Source: a virus
Taxonomy: Duplodnaviria; Caudoviricetes
Length of the DNA: 64,000 bases
IMG/VR virus record: IMGVR_UViG_3300021426_000066
Reading direction: 5' to 3' (one strand)
The position numbers and the translations under genes are program-made. The notes under the pieces were generated by a model. That model did not search any database and was not told where the DNA came from. It was given only the letters and a program-made list of their open reading frames with translations. How positions within the stretch are numbered: position 1 is the first letter of the stretch; every line of letters starts with the position of its first letter. This document shows, one piece after another, positions 11,301-20,111 of this stretch.

Positions 11301-11557
11301 TCACTATTTGAAGAGCAGTAAACATTCGTATAGGTCTGTTTCTTTAATGGTTGAATTTCCGAATAATCATATGTTGGTTTAATATATGGAAGGTCTTTCC
11401 ATAAATCCGTACCATTCCCCAGCTTCATCCAACCATGACGCAATCCACCAGAGGTATAAAGTGCCTCACCAGCTTTGGGAATAGTTGTAGTTGCTTCCCA
11501 TTCTGCTTCAGTCTTATAAGGATGTTTGAAGCGGACTTGCAAGTTTGTATCTGCCAT
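2363..11557 (-). CDS. Giant modular tail fibre (3064 aa) with Mtd-type N-terminus and C-terminal peptidase S74 intramolecular chaperone
   Basis: N-term 'TEAEW…PKAGE…KLGNGTDLWKDLPY'; 'SPELTGTPKAPTA…QIATTAFV' and 'LPLTGGTL' fibre repeats; 'GGRNL…KLERGNKPTDWTPAPED' carbohydrate-binding-type module; C-term 'SSKRYKHDIQPL…GLIAEDV' plus coiled coil. Confidence 0.9.
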   Translation of the reverse strand: MADTNLQVRFKHPYKTEAEWEATTTIPKAGEALYTSGGLRHGWMKLGNGTDLWKDLPYIKPTYDYSEIQPLKKQTYTNVYCSSNSDPAGYLYFATVKPENYNKSWRISYRLKATINGISNGYQYSEVTIDGVRNTYAAYKTYNAINNTSYRPLYSHVYHAATETGLNNNYNHLLGFRFQSSYNPHVAANSRIIEIEILEEENCTLTFLDSMTLFADMPGANTTNYGNTANGVNATRVAFDGTTQGYSVSGDRNTYPYFTTAYYTKPLAGTNGIKQYSLIMEDSSGNYQSFTTDYGTGTSKTKNTTGFKLGKLYYADTSSNWASGSRYGNDVTRAFQYGVDARYSFNCGQTLTAYAPIYLVGTYNNASGLFYLDDTWYTQTLPTTEDGKIYIYLGFTYSNYTFDFVGYSTPLWFKDGAIRPFVANEATSSVAGLMSAEDKDKLDTFTMGTATMPAGVGKAVGWYRIAKIGNDAAGYPNFSLYITGGWASGSPTIGEFNISVRDAGARITQISAITGQVVSKIRLIRIGTTGGNYFVDVYQNFAYNSSQYMSEQVFKFIGHGVLNTYDPEAPLTGDDANATATVELTLRDNGMVAPNFYGNATSATTATTAVTATNLDTSVASSAGDRPIWMSWINSNNKRATYDNDFTYDSSTDTLKVKRIDSPELTGTPKAPTAASGTNSAQIATTAFVQNAVGNAEIGGRNLVKDSYLPVSYGVATNQYFYRSWNLYELPYAVNDEFVASADIDVIAGNVTSVTFYLYNTTDGGCSNTCTGEIINGRASATIKVTKAATKDLTLLIYCGLAGATKDNNITVSKVKLERGNKPTDWTPAPEDLVSDITLSGSTLSYKNSVGTQLGSYTLSKTNVGLGNVDNTSDANKPISTATQNALDQLSAKVGNAKQFTGTCSSAANATAKVVTCTAFTADDLVKGTRISVYFDNTNTGARENLTLNVNNTGAKSIRFIYNGSYTIIPDGGYIKAGQIYNFTYDGTYWVVDMMQNSNTYPEYLHYRNNTYAKKAIAANRWIVGDKDGYEEIASGVTFDLSYPILYTTGAISQGGSNYANMLMQYFDLNLGNLKSGFTSSAKKMIYLVVTISGNTATVDPSIITDTLPTSDDGKAYITLGRLGNQSSGANYFLFQAVHPIFAYRKGQVRLYSGSADVVNGHTVEADVPSNAVFTDTKVTQTLYSQNYDLPLLMSYFANTNTGASGTNIALRNNSIYANPSTGLLTATALKSNNYLQIKNQGINVASTYSSSQVDEIILYTGIKFVSSNLMPIVHITGFAYNSSCPIDLSIVFYIYSDELCMQGVVDNGGWHPNVYLFKYTKNSTEYVAIALRASSFIYYPTVSADVINESLGKLTNIDLSLFEFQFTAKDAASVIPEPDNGVTCIQVPYKTNYNPKPTLTVQLNSTTLNSYDGTEGKTINVTKAGLGLGNVENKSSATIRGELTSSNVTTALGYTPANGANYLPLTGGTMTGSIKWSNSTALPEATSTSYLLTIDGFANGGTQKWINVTNVSVGSATKATTADEAKALITLGDNRSVATAPNDYKNKIVFVGLKNKATVNNPSNDTYSYIVGLRGWADSSGGKAHEIAFNDTGIFTRMGVTTEWESWRRLLDSVNYSSYALPLTGGTLSGNLLFNQDVRWSRFPAHYYHNLYSDTDGTVYVHYYIPGTSHTNTKAEFRVKSGDTYKRLTFSGDGSFYWDTQAVLHAGNYMNYALPLSGGTLTGDLTLSVSSGNSPAIIFQRGSLTDSLNDWEIRDKGGLLYFGQRGSSSTAFDTNIYLDNAGGIHATTFSGSLTGHASLDLPLTAGSSVPLSNSLYITRAGECGVEVNNTQSTNPNQVAFIVGSSGYGGIYSRKHNKWIVYADSNGSVTLNGNAVTASSASTATIANYLSIVAQNEIRFAAKPSSATTLYVGYKWHDGTSDAKINRYKFCNGNGVATEVEASTFYGALTGNVTGNVTGTASGNVPLKSSPSDLNTIYDTSVTNITGSLTNGPTTYGYGEVFTMAYRKPSGNTTPDYAAQIYMHYNASTTKNTMYYRTSSQTAWNAWQQVAHAAPQTALGSVTQPIYMESDGTLKVASQVAELDSNGLILSSQLPSYVDDVIEAYYYNNKMYKESAHTNQLTGESSKIYVDLSTNKTYRWSGSAYVEISASLALGENSSSAYRGDRGKIAYDHSQLTSGNPHNVTKTDIGLSNVENKSSATIRGELTSSNVTTALGYTPVPNTRQINGKALTDNIVLDYSDISPIGGGTKTYAGLYGSANNMESTSFYFASVKPDQYHGVWKVKYRIKVDVPNQNYYHGYADVEIYGYENSYVAYSIFNSHLSTSYRTFYYHNLYRATEVGASAYGHLLGISFLYSANSVSSSYPRTVRVDILEAENCTVTMFEDALKYADVPGTGSTNYAGLTSFDGANQGLQETGDYNDTYTVRDYYTRLTAGTNGMKQYSLVMQDADGNWQSFTTDHGTDTTKTRNTTGFQLGKIYYLASSSNYASGAQNGDNIVTSHGIALNFRYSSNCGATLTPYQPLYIKGTYDIATGLFYLADTWWTQELPTSADGFIYKQIGYARTTEQFEFSNTLPTYWYHNGAIREFVMPEATASVAGIMSASDKTKLNGVTFNNGNYTIETGNLDVGGRVTVTTGVGTNGKTQAADGKTGVWLNNAGNAFLVGPANGGSYIYFYYNQATTATSYIHESASGTLKLYNDVSVNHALYVTANTYVTGGLGTGGRTAYNDTDHFGCWLATNGEVHLASSATSGGAISFHYNKSASVTSYIKETASGRLKVSDELYTGGHIAIDTNAKYIYSKFNDNTNRILCGVNANNEILFGYGSFKDQIGSTHLEGNTVSIASRGSIYLQPSNTTWLTVSAGNAVISTSAGTGVYFKVKNSHHEGSLYASDSSTGNFGLYSNTLGKWVIYTQNGNGYLYLPTIAPSSTTSGGAGNLFISTSGRVTAAANSSKRYKHDIQPLTDYQKVLDIPVVSFKYNEGYLVEGDCYEGLDVPGLIAEDVAQYYPIAAIYDNNRVENWNIRHIVPAMLAVEQDHEKQIQKLIKQVEQLSQENEQLKQRIEAMA

Positions 11558-11599
11558 AAAGGATTCCTCCTTTCTTGTTTAATTTTCAATTATATATAT

Positions 11600-11690
11600 G
11601 TAAAAAGGAGACTCCCTGAGTCTCTTCGATTATTCAGTCATTATAAAAGTCAGCTACACAGAATGGTTAAAACTGTATAGCTGACTTATG
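11600..11690 (-). terminator. Two tandem terminator-like hairpins between fibre genes
   Basis: 15-bp stem 11647-11661/11673-11687 (one G·U on minus-strand RNA) then TTTTAT; 7-bp stem GAGACTC/GAGTCTC 11608-11624 then CTTTTT. Confidence 0.65.
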
Positions 11691-11741
11691 GTTATATTTA
11701 GATTTTGTAATGTTCATTGTATTCTTGATGCTCCTCTTAAA

Positions 11742-13070
11742 TTAACTAAAATTACCGTCCAAAATAAGTACATCGCCCGAATCTTGCGTTAAGTATCTTG
11801 CGTTAACAGCAGAGGCGACAAGATTAACATTCCCCGTACCATCAAAATTAACCGCAGCAGCAGTTACAGCTTGAGAAATACTAAAACTACGACTATTGGC
11901 TAATTGCGTAGCCTTAGCTGCTGTATCTGTATTTGTAATGAAATTCTTATCATTGGTTAATTCAGATACTTTTGTAGGTACAATAATATCAACTGCTCTA
12001 TTAGCATCAGGCGTTAATGCAGTACCGTTCTTCTTCACTGTAACAATAACATTCTTTTCTGCATCAACTGGTGCATGAGAGCCAATTGCAAAATCATAAG
12101 CAACCTTTCCATGATCTCCACGAAAAGCTGTGGAGGATGTCTCACCCAGCGCAAGTGACGGTGAAATCTCAACATATGCTGAACCACTCCATCTATAAGT
12201 AAGATTAGTAGCTTTATCTACATAAATTTTACTTGTTTCACCAGTACCAGGGAAGCTTGCTTTATTGGTATATTCAAGAACATCATCAACATAACTAGGT
12301 AACTGAGACGAAGGTACTTTTCCTGTTGAATCCAGTTCTGCCACACCAGAGGCGGCACCCTTCTGACTTGTGGGGATCGCACTTACATCAGCCGCAGTTA
12401 TAGTTACATCAGCGGTTAAAGCATGACCATTGACTGTTCTTCCTGTAGGGACTTTCCCACTCAAAGCATCAGTAATTGCTTTTCTGGTCATAGTACCATC
12501 TGTACTATCGCCTGTTGACCCATATAATTTAACAATACCCGCTACAGTTTCACTAGCCGTTTCATAAGTCGTATCACCAGAAGTAATGGTAATAGTATCA
12601 TTTTCTGCATTAGCCGTAATAGATACGTTCGCCCCACCTTGGATAGTTAAAGTGTCTGTCTTACTATCAGCAGCAATAGTGGTAGTACCAACCGTAATAT
12701 TACTAAATGCATTCTGGTTAACCTCAGCACCAGTTGCTATACCCGCAAGTTTTGTTTTTTCCGCACTTGTATAATCGTTGGAAGATAGTCCTTTTCCAGT
12801 TTCTTTATCAACTTTATTGCCTAAAGCTGTGTTAATAGGAGATAAAGCCGTATTAATTAAACTATTAATTTCCGAAGTAGAAAGACCAAGGTATGGCAAC
12901 GAACTGTAGGCCGTCGTACCATCACCAATTTTAGCCCTTGGCGTTGAGTCTAATTCAATGCACATTTCGCCACGAAGAGGGATCAAAGCAGCATTTGCAG
13001 CTAATTCCCAGTCCGCTTTTGACTTCGCGCATAAAAGTATCCTCGTATTAAGCGTGGTCGTATTAGGCAT
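11742..13070 (-). CDS. Tail fibre / fibre-associated protein with Mtd-type N-terminus
   Basis: 'KADW…PLRGE…KIGDGTTAYSSLPY'; 'KVDKETGKGLSSNDYTSAEKTKLAGI' and 'QLPSYVDDV…YRWSGSAYVEIS' fibre modules. Confidence 0.8.
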   Translation of the reverse strand: MPNTTTLNTRILLCAKSKADWELAANAALIPLRGEMCIELDSTPRAKIGDGTTAYSSLPYLGLSTSEINSLINTALSPINTALGNKVDKETGKGLSSNDYTSAEKTKLAGIATGAEVNQNAFSNITVGTTTIAADSKTDTLTIQGGANVSITANAENDTITITSGDTTYETASETVAGIVKLYGSTGDSTDGTMTRKAITDALSGKVPTGRTVNGHALTADVTITAADVSAIPTSQKGAASGVAELDSTGKVPSSQLPSYVDDVLEYTNKASFPGTGETSKIYVDKATNLTYRWSGSAYVEISPSLALGETSSTAFRGDHGKVAYDFAIGSHAPVDAEKNVIVTVKKNGTALTPDANRAVDIIVPTKVSELTNDKNFITNTDTAAKATQLANSRSFSISQAVTAAAVNFDGTGNVNLVASAVNARYLTQDSGDVLILDGNFS

Positions 13071-13085
13071 AATTCACCTCCTTAA

Positions 13086-13355
13086 TTATATATTCGCATT
13101 AATTAAGTCTATTTTTTCCCAATCTCTGCCTATACAATAATAATGTAAATCATCTTGATTCCATCTATAAGTAGCATTATCAGTTGTATCAATATAGAGA
13201 TGATTAACATTTCCAACAACTGGGAAGTGTAAATAACTATCCACAGCCTCAACTTCAAAATCAGAGGAATCAGCTATCATCTTTTCTATTAATTTCTTGA
13301 CCTCATCCGTATACACTTGCATACCAGAATAGTCAATAACCTTTTTTGAAGCCAT
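13086..13355 (-). CDS. Small fibre-associated protein
   Basis: 'FPVVGNVNHLYIDTTDNATYRWN' matches the module in the neighbouring fibre genes; AGGAGG RBS. Confidence 0.6.
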   Translation of the reverse strand: MASKKVIDYSGMQVYTDEVKKLIEKMIADSSDFEVEAVDSYLHFPVVGNVNHLYIDTTDNATYRWNQDDLHYYCIGRDWEKIDLINANI

Positions 13356-13423
13356 AATTTTCCCTCCTATAAAATAATCTCCTTGTATTCCTTATAATCC
13401 TGTTACACCCAATTAAATATGAC

Positions 13424-14059
13424 TTAAGGCGTAGTCGCAAATAACGCCTGTATTTCAGCAGTAGTAGCTGATTCGATGACAGGAATATCCAATGCTGAGA
13501 TTCTATCAGATACATACTGCTCAGTAGCATACCCAGCCAGAGATACCGAAGTATCTCCAATCATCACCATCTCATTATCAATAAGCATATATTCCTTATA
13601 CTTATCATTTCCAGTAACGGTGTTATCTTTAATCAGATAAATCACATTCGGATTAGCATCTGCTACGGCAGGCAATGTATCAACAATCTGCGCCCTAACC
13701 ATATTGGCAGCAGCCACAGCTTGATTAACTATAGTCTGTACCTCTGCTTCAGTAACTAAATCTACAACAGCAACACTACTATCCATAACATTACCATTAG
13801 CATCAAATACAGCCACGTTACCGCTAGTAGCAGATACCACTTTTCTCATAAGAGCATCAAGGTTCTGATGAGGAATGGTAATACTATAAGCTGGACTTGC
13901 TCCAACACTTAATGGCTCAGATTCTTTATAAAATAATAACTGTGTGCTATCTTGAGATAACGTCACAGTTTGAATTGATTGAGCATGAATTGTATTTATT
14001 AATTGTTTAATCAAACCATCATATGTGGTCAGATTATCCAATGAAATATATTTAGCCAT
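13424..14059 (-). CDS. Minor tail/fibre structural protein
   Basis: 'KYISLDNLTTYD' start and 'IVDTLP…NVIYLI…YKEY…IGDT.VSL.GYAT' pattern common in phage fibre-associated proteins; position. Confidence 0.6.
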   Translation of the reverse strand: MAKYISLDNLTTYDGLIKQLINTIHAQSIQTVTLSQDSTQLLFYKESEPLSVGASPAYSITIPHQNLDALMRKVVSATSGNVAVFDANGNVMDSSVAVVDLVTEAEVQTIVNQAVAAANMVRAQIVDTLPAVADANPNVIYLIKDNTVTGNDKYKEYMLIDNEMVMIGDTSVSLAGYATEQYVSDRISALDIPVIESATTAEIQALFATTP

Positions 14060-14076
14060 AATTTTTCTCCTTACTT

Positions 14077-14967
14077 CTATTCATTAAATAATCGAGCAAC
14101 TGATTCGTTATCTTCACTCTGCATAGATTCTCCTAAACGTATATCGAACCTCGTATTAAATGTCTCGTCAAATACATCGTAGACAATAGTCTCAACACCT
14201 TCTCTGAGAACAGATTGAATGTACTCAAGAGCTTCTTCTCTGGTCATAATATCCAGAGCCTGTATCTTTGCATCAAAATCAGATTCAGTCATATATCCTT
14301 GACTTTTTACCCATTCTTGGGTTGCATAGTATTCTGTCTCAGCAACATTACTTGTGTTATCGACTGTATAATTGGTTATTGATGTGTTAGTAATAACTTT
14401 GATGGTCGTATTTTCATCTTCAGTGCCAACATCATTATGTTCAATCATAATTACATGGTCGCCATTGCTTTGGAAAATAGTAATCAAACCATCACAAACC
14501 TTATATGAACCGTTAACCTTATATAATCCATTATCCAGTTCTGATAGTACGACAGGATCTGCTACGTTTCCGTATAGCTGTTCTATGGGCCTATGCCCTA
14601 TCTGGTCATAATCAATATCTCCCGCACTATATACACTAATAGGAGTCACATAATATCTTGCACCATTATGGTTAACAATATATGCTCTGTATGTTCCAGA
14701 TGATGTATCTAAAATCGAGACAAGCTGCCCCTGGTATGTATCCAAAGCACGATTCAAAAATTCTTCCGCAGTCGCTATATTTACAAAACGATATACTTTA
14801 GAGTGAATAGGGATTAAATCAAAGTCCTCATTAATTAACAGCATTTCCTGAGTATCAGAACATAATACTATATCCCATTGATTGACAGTACCTGCATTAA
14901 TTGCATCCTGAACCTTTTGCTTTGAAGCAAAGAAAAATCGAGAATGTAATGAGTAGTCACTTGCCAT
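14077..14967 (-). CDS. Hypothetical baseplate/fibre-associated protein
   Basis: Long ORF with RBS in the tail-tip operon; N-terminus resembles that of 23582..24385. Confidence 0.5.
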   Translation of the reverse strand: MASDYSLHSRFFFASKQKVQDAINAGTVNQWDIVLCSDTQEMLLINEDFDLIPIHSKVYRFVNIATAEEFLNRALDTYQGQLVSILDTSSGTYRAYIVNHNGARYYVTPISVYSAGDIDYDQIGHRPIEQLYGNVADPVVLSELDNGLYKVNGSYKVCDGLITIFQSNGDHVIMIEHNDVGTEDENTTIKVITNTSITNYTVDNTSNVAETEYYATQEWVKSQGYMTESDFDAKIQALDIMTREEALEYIQSVLREGVETIVYDVFDETFNTRFDIRLGESMQSEDNESVARLFNE

Positions 14968-14981
14968 ATCATCACCTTCTT

Positions 14982-15662
14982 TTAAATCTTCTGAATAGAA
15001 ATATTACCGTTCTCCGCAGAAGATCCACCAAGTTCAACGAGAATCTGATTTAATTGTGCTAAATCTACTCCCGTACCAACCGCTCTACCATCAGATGTTC
15101 CATACAGTTTACCCTCAGCCTGATCTACCATTAAGCCATCAAATTTATTCTGGCTCATAGAAGACGCAAGATCAGCCAAAGCAGCCGCCATCTTTTTGTT
15201 TTCAATATATAAAGAAGCAAGAGTGGATAATTCATGGTCACTAGGTGTAAGCCACGAAGAAATAGGAACAACTTTCATATAAGCAGTACCCGCACTCTGT
15301 CTTACTCTTTCAATCGTATTACCATCTTGGTCCAGTTCCGCTTTAACAAAAGTAAGACTAAATTCAACTTCCCCACATTCCTTGGTTAAATCAGTAGTCA
15401 TAGTGGTATCAGGAAGAGTGTATAATAAATAATCATCCTTATAATTATCATCAGCTAAAGTCAGTTCATATAAACCACTTGAGTTACTAATAGGAAGCTT
15501 ATATTCAAATACACCACTAAAGTCTGCCATTTCATATTCATCGTTGTATAACTTCGGGACAACAAATCTTAATGCGTCAATAGAATTAGAACGTTCTGTA
15601 ATCGCCCCTGTAGATTCGGTCAGCACAATACTGTTATCATTACGAAATAAGTAAGTATTCAT
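14982..15662 (-). CDS. BppU-N-like baseplate adaptor protein
   Basis: 'ITERSNSIDALRFVVPKLY…LTKECGEVEFSL' resembles the N-terminal domain of the 23511 gene and BppU-type domains. Confidence 0.5.
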   Translation of the reverse strand: MNTYLFRNDNSIVLTESTGAITERSNSIDALRFVVPKLYNDEYEMADFSGVFEYKLPISNSSGLYELTLADDNYKDDYLLYTLPDTTMTTDLTKECGEVEFSLTFVKAELDQDGNTIERVRQSAGTAYMKVVPISSWLTPSDHELSTLASLYIENKKMAAALADLASSMSQNKFDGLMVDQAEGKLYGTSDGRAVGTGVDLAQLNQILVELGGSSAENGNISIQKI

Positions 15663-15676
15663 AAAAGCCTCCCTTC

Positions 15677-15823
15677 TTACTGTTGTTCGCCAATAATATA
15701 TTCATATTCTTCTAAGGTAATCTTCTTAGAAGCCAACATCGTCTGTAATTGTGTTTTTGTGAGTTTACCCTTTTCATATAATGCCTTTAACGTTTCTATA
15801 ACATCATCATATCTCTGTGCCAT
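15677..15823 (-). CDS. XkdX-like small tail protein (48 aa, absent from ORF track)
   Basis: Hand translation MAQRYDDVIETLKALYEKGKLTKTQLQTMLASKKITLEEYEYIIGEQQ*; 'ITLEEYEYI' XkdX-type motif; abuts upstream gene. Confidence 0.7.
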   Translation of the reverse strand: MAQRYDDVIETLKALYEKGKLTKTQLQTMLASKKITLEEYEYIIGEQQ

Positions 15824-15824
15824 A

Positions 15825-16157
15825 TTAAAAGCCCCTTTCTATCAGTTCCATCAGGAAATCCTCTTTAATTTCTTGAACAGACTTGAAATCTCTGTCTTTA
15901 ATTTGGTTGTATTCATTTTCATGTATCTCAACAAGAGTTACAGTATGATACATCCCCTCTGACGGAAAAGGTAATAACTCACTTGTATTATAAATTTTCT
16001 CATTATCTGATAAAAAACCTTGGGCCTCTCTTAAACTGCACCTGAGCGGAATCCCATTTACAGCTTGAAACTTAACGTAAGTAGGCCCATCTTTTTCATC
16101 GTAATGCAGTAAATCAATTACTTTACGATTCCAAATTATCTTAAAATATTTAATCAT
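15825..16157 (-). CDS. Small tail-fibre assembly-type protein preceding the XkdX-like gene
   Basis: 110-aa ORF with RBS AAGGAG; ends 'DFLMELIERGF'; XkdW-like position. Confidence 0.45.
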   Translation of the reverse strand: MIKYFKIIWNRKVIDLLHYDEKDGPTYVKFQAVNGIPLRCSLREAQGFLSDNEKIYNTSELLPFPSEGMYHTVTLVEIHENEYNQIKDRDFKSVQEIKEDFLMELIERGF

Positions 16158-16175
16158 AGGATTTCACTCCTTATA

Positions 16176-16210
16176 TAAAATAGAGCATGTACACATAGGT
16201 ACATGCTCTA
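16176..16210 (-). terminator. Perfect 12-bp hairpin just after the CotH-domain gene stop
   Basis: TAGAGCATGTAC-6nt-GTACATGCTCTA (16181-16210) followed by TTTT on the minus strand. Confidence 0.6.
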
Positions 16211-16217
16211 GTAAACA

Positions 16218-19200
16218 TTATAACGAGAATTCTAAGCAAATTCCCGAATTTCCAGTAGGTGACCAATAATCTCTAGTACCAGGGGCATTGTAGCTATCAA
16301 TACCAACGATATAATGCCATGTGTAGGTATAAGCAGGCATGGCAGATCTCGTCATGTACTTACCTAATGTACCATCAGGGAATCTACGTTCTCTGTCAGC
16401 GGCAGTCAGCAGATAGTCAATGGTGTAGTTACCATTGCTGTCTGGCTCACCTGCTTCTTGGTCATAAGGTGCATAGTTAGATGTAGATACCAGAGACAGG
16501 ATAGCGGGAAGAGCAAAATAGCAATCGCCTGTTGCTACAGTTGCCGTACTTTCTGTCGTACCAGAATCAGTATAACCCTCATTAGCACTAATACGGCATT
16601 GCTTGATTAACTGTCTCCATAATACAGGAACAGCATTATAGAAACGAGTGTTCAAAATACGATAGTTCTGTTTGCTTAACCAACCGCCAGCATTCGTACC
16701 ATACATAATTGGCATAGGATTACTTAACAGATGACTCATTAAGAACGTCATACTTGTTCTTGCACCAGAACCATCAGATAAATAATACCGTCTCAATCCA
16801 CACATTTCCGCCGTAATCGTTTCTCTGGGCCATAATGCCATATCACGACAAGCTTGATCTCCTAAATCAGCATAATACAACTTCGCAGAGTAAATTGTAC
16901 CCTGTGCATAAGAACTGATAGCACCATCATCATCAATAGCTGCTCCGAATACCAGAGTAGCATGATTAGTGGTAACACTTCTTGTAGCACTAAGTGTGCT
17001 ATAAACAATAGCTTCATTAGGCTGGTTACCTGCATAGATGTGCAGAGTATTGTCACCTGCTAAGTGACGTAATACAACAATATCTCTTACATCTCCAGCA
17101 CCCACAGAGGCACTATTTGTACCCCAGATGACTTTATAACCATTCGTAGATCTGAGTCTGAATCCATTACTACCATAACCTTGATAGCATTGGAAGAGTA
17201 CGCTGTTATTACTTGTGGCGCTATTCCACTTATAGTCAACAACGAGTGTCCAATCTTTATCTTCATCAAGTAAAGGAATCTCTGTATCATAATAATCGTT
17301 GGCCGCACCTGTAAATGTTCTTTCCGTAGGAAGAAGATTTACAGATTCAATATTATCATACTCATAGTCGATTCCCATTGTGAAACTAATTCGATCTTTA
17401 GAATTAACTGTAATAGGTAATTGACCATTACGCTTATTCTGAAGAACAGCGTAAATTTGAGTCGGTGTCATATCAGCCAGACTCATTTCTTTAAGTGCAT
17501 CCTCATTGTATCTATAAGTCTCATAATCTGCTTCAATATCAATATCGCCTGTGATGATAGGATAGGTCTTCCAACCTTTGAACAGATTATAAACATAGGA
17601 AGGCTCCTGAGCAGTATAAGTGGGCATAGGACCATTATATTGAGCCGTAGAACCATAAGCGCCAGTCTTCGTATCTAACACAGTGCCATCAATATTAAGG
17701 AATCTTACTGTATATAAATGATCTGTCTCAGAATAAACAGCGCTAATTGTTCTATTGCTACGAATATTATTCAGAGATAAATCCCAACCTGTAAACGTAT
17801 AATCCTTAAGAATGGTCTTACCATCTTCCATATAAACAACCATTGTAGGAGTTGCAATAGGATTCTCTGCACGAGTAACAGGATCGACAGCATTATTGCC
17901 TTCGATAATGTGCTGAACATCAAATACTTTACCTTCAGGGTCAATATCAGGATTCTTAAATGTGACTGTGTATGCCTGTAAGATTGCAGCAGACGGTACA
18001 TCAATAACCAGATCCTGCCAAGCAGCGTGATAGCTGTCAAGCGTAAAGGTATCGGTAGCCGCAAGATGAGCAGTACCAGTCAGCACAGATTGAGTAGTTT
18101 CATAACCAGAGGCATCAACACCTGCTAAGTCAAGCAGCGTTTTCAGCCAAGCATCACTTACTGTCCAATCAACATTGGTCGCTCTGAGTCTGCGAAGATT
18201 CGTTGAATTGGTAATCATCTCAACAGTATCTACAATAGGGCAATTCTCAACGACAATACGAATCAGATTCGTATAATCAGCAATTCTGAGATCTGTTAAA
18301 TAAAGCAGATTCTTCAGCGTGATAGAAGAGATTGCAGGCAGATATGCTGTAGAAATCTTACCACCAGATGCAAATGTAATACCTGTAAACGATGTTCCAT
18401 TTGCATAGAATGTTTCAAGATTAGGGCATCCGCTTAAATCCAAAGCACCAGTAAGGTTAGGACAATTACGGACATCCAGAGTCTTCAGCAGAGTGTTATT
18501 ACCCATATTAAGAGTAGTTAAAAACGAGTTACTATATCCTTCTGTCGTGTTACCAATAGTCAGCGTCTGTAATTTTTCTGCCTTGGAGAAGTCATTATCA
18601 TGGATATAACAAGCACTCAGGTCACCAACAGACTGAATCTTGGAAGCACCATAGATAAGAATAGCAGTATCATCCATGGTATCAAAAGGACACTCAATAT
18701 CATATTCCACACCCGCTTTCGCACGAACCTGAGTACGAGACGTAGCACCGTGCATTACAGACAGATACATATTTGCATAAGGAGTCAGATGTAAGGTATA
18801 GTTGGGTTTAACGACAGCTTCTTGTGGTGTATTACATCTAATCATTATCTGGTCAGAGGTTGCCGTATTACCAAACCATCTGGTAGCCATATACATAACT
18901 TGGTCACGGATAAATTGTCTTCTATGATATTTCTTGCGTCCATTTAACATCTGGGTCAGGAATCTGGGCGTAGGAGCATAGAACCTGCCTTTTCCCAAAT
19001 AGGAATTAATATACTTGGTCTGAATGTCAAGTCTCCACAATTCTTCGGGGAACTGATTCTGCCAATTATCAAACTCATTAATCATGCCCTCAGCATTCCA
19101 GCAGTTAGCTGATTCACGGTCAATGAACATAGCTTGCAGTTCATCATGGAATAAATCTCTGACACGGCAGAAGAATGTAGACGTAGCACCATTAAACACA

Positions 19201-20111
19201 TAACCAGAATTCGGGTCACCTGGTGTACGATAATCTGTATCTTCCATACCATAAGGCATTGTCATTTCGCCACTATTATTTATGCCAAGTGCCGAGTCAA
19301 AATCATATCCCCAGAACTCAAATCTATATTCTCCATCTTCACATTTATGCCTCCACCAGAAAGTGTTCTTTGCTCTGTTATCAATCATCGTCCACTGTTC
19401 AGTAAACAGCCAGAAATACAGAGCAGAATCAAGCACAAAATAATCACCTAAGTGGTCATGGAAGTCTTGATCAGTGGAGTTAACAACAAACTTATAAAAA
19501 TCTCTGAATGCCTCAAGATTCGTCTCATGGTCTTCAGTAGTAATGTTTTTCATCTCATAACGCAGACCATAAGTTTCGGTTTTTCCTTCATTGAACGTAT
19601 CTGCTTCCAGACTGGCAATGGCTTCTGCACCACCAGGGAATGTAGAGTTTGGAAGAGTGTTATCCATAATTTCTACACAGAATTCTTTAGGATCGTTCTT
19701 ATCTACAACACGAGTTTTATCTGTCTTTTTGGAATCACCAATATTACCAATAGCATAGAAATGCCAATCTGTATCGTCATACTCTCTATGAGTAGTTAAG
19801 TCTGGATCGTTCTCTCTTACAAACACAACAGCATTATAGAATTCCATCGTATTCTTTACTTTAGAATCATTCTGTTGTGCAAGAGATTGATAAGGAAGAT
19901 AACGATTATATCTCTTTTGAAGAAGAGCGTTATTTGCATTCTCAGAACTCGCGATATTCACCTTCAAATTCATGTAGTCAACAGGTACGGACGTTCTGGA
20001 AAGACTTACTTTGCTTGCGGTTGTTCCGTCACCAAGCGTAATCACCGTAGTATCTGTATTCATAATGAAATCCAGATTTCGTCCAGCAGCAGCATATTCA
20101 TTCGAGGTAGT
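16218..20111 (-). CDS. Exon 2 of 2339-aa multidomain tail protein: CotH-like kinase core, leucine-rich repeats, InlB-B-like repeats, LamG-like domain, DUF6273/CLec-like C-terminus
   Basis: Frame open from 20111 ([16 protein letters not shown]) into ORF 16218..20063; '[13 protein letters not shown]', 'DNRAKN', 'YDFDSALG' kinase-like motifs; LxxLxL repeats; 'YTVRFLN.DG…FKGW'; 'KYMTRS…SGICLEFSL'. Confidence 0.8.
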   Translation of the reverse strand, partial: TTSNEYAAAGRNLDFIMNTDTTVITLGDGTTASKVSLSRTSVPVDYMNLKVNIASSENANNALLQKRYNRYLPYQSLAQQNDSKVKNTMEFYNAVVFVRENDPDLTTHREYDDTDWHFYAIGNIGDSKKTDKTRVVDKNDPKEFCVEIMDNTLPNSTFPGGAEAIASLEADTFNEGKTETYGLRYEMKNITTEDHETNLEAFRDFYKFVVNSTDQDFHDHLGDYFVLDSALYFWLFTEQWTMIDNRAKNTFWWRHKCEDGEYRFEFWGYDFDSALGINNSGEMTMPYGMEDTDYRTPGDPNSGYVFNGATSTFFCRVRDLFHDELQAMFIDRESANCWNAEGMINEFDNWQNQFPEELWRLDIQTKYINSYLGKGRFYAPTPRFLTQMLNGRKKYHRRQFIRDQVMYMATRWFGNTATSDQIMIRCNTPQEAVVKPNYTLHLTPYANMYLSVMHGATSRTQVRAKAGVEYDIECPFDTMDDTAILIYGASKIQSVGDLSACYIHDNDFSKAEKLQTLTIGNTTEGYSNSFLTTLNMGNNTLLKTLDVRNCPNLTGALDLSGCPNLETFYANGTSFTGITFASGGKISTAYLPAISSITLKNLLYLTDLRIADYTNLIRIVVENCPIVDTVEMITNSTNLRRLRATNVDWTVSDAWLKTLLDLAGVDASGYETTQSVLTGTAHLAATDTFTLDSYHAAWQDLVIDVPSAAILQAYTVTFKNPDIDPEGKVFDVQHIIEGNNAVDPVTRAENPIATPTMVVYMEDGKTILKDYTFTGWDLSLNNIRSNRTISAVYSETDHLYTVRFLNIDGTVLDTKTGAYGSTAQYNGPMPTYTAQEPSYVYNLFKGWKTYPIITGDIDIEADYETYRYNEDALKEMSLADMTPTQIYAVLQNKRNGQLPITVNSKDRISFTMGIDYEYDNIESVNLLPTERTFTGAANDYYDTEIPLLDEDKDWTLVVDYKWNSATSNNSVLFQCYQGYGSNGFRLRSTNGYKVIWGTNSASVGAGDVRDIVVLRHLAGDNTLHIYAGNQPNEAIVYSTLSATRSVTTNHATLVFGAAIDDDGAISSYAQGTIYSAKLYYADLGDQACRDMALWPRETITAEMCGLRRYYLSDGSGARTSMTFLMSHLLSNPMPIMYGTNAGGWLSKQNYRILNTRFYNAVPVLWRQLIKQCRISANEGYTDSGTTESTATVATGDCYFALPAILSLVSTSNYAPYDQEAGEPDSNGNYTIDYLLTAADRERRFPDGTLGKYMTRSAMPAYTYTWHYIVGIDSYNAPGTRDYWSPTGNSGICLEFSL

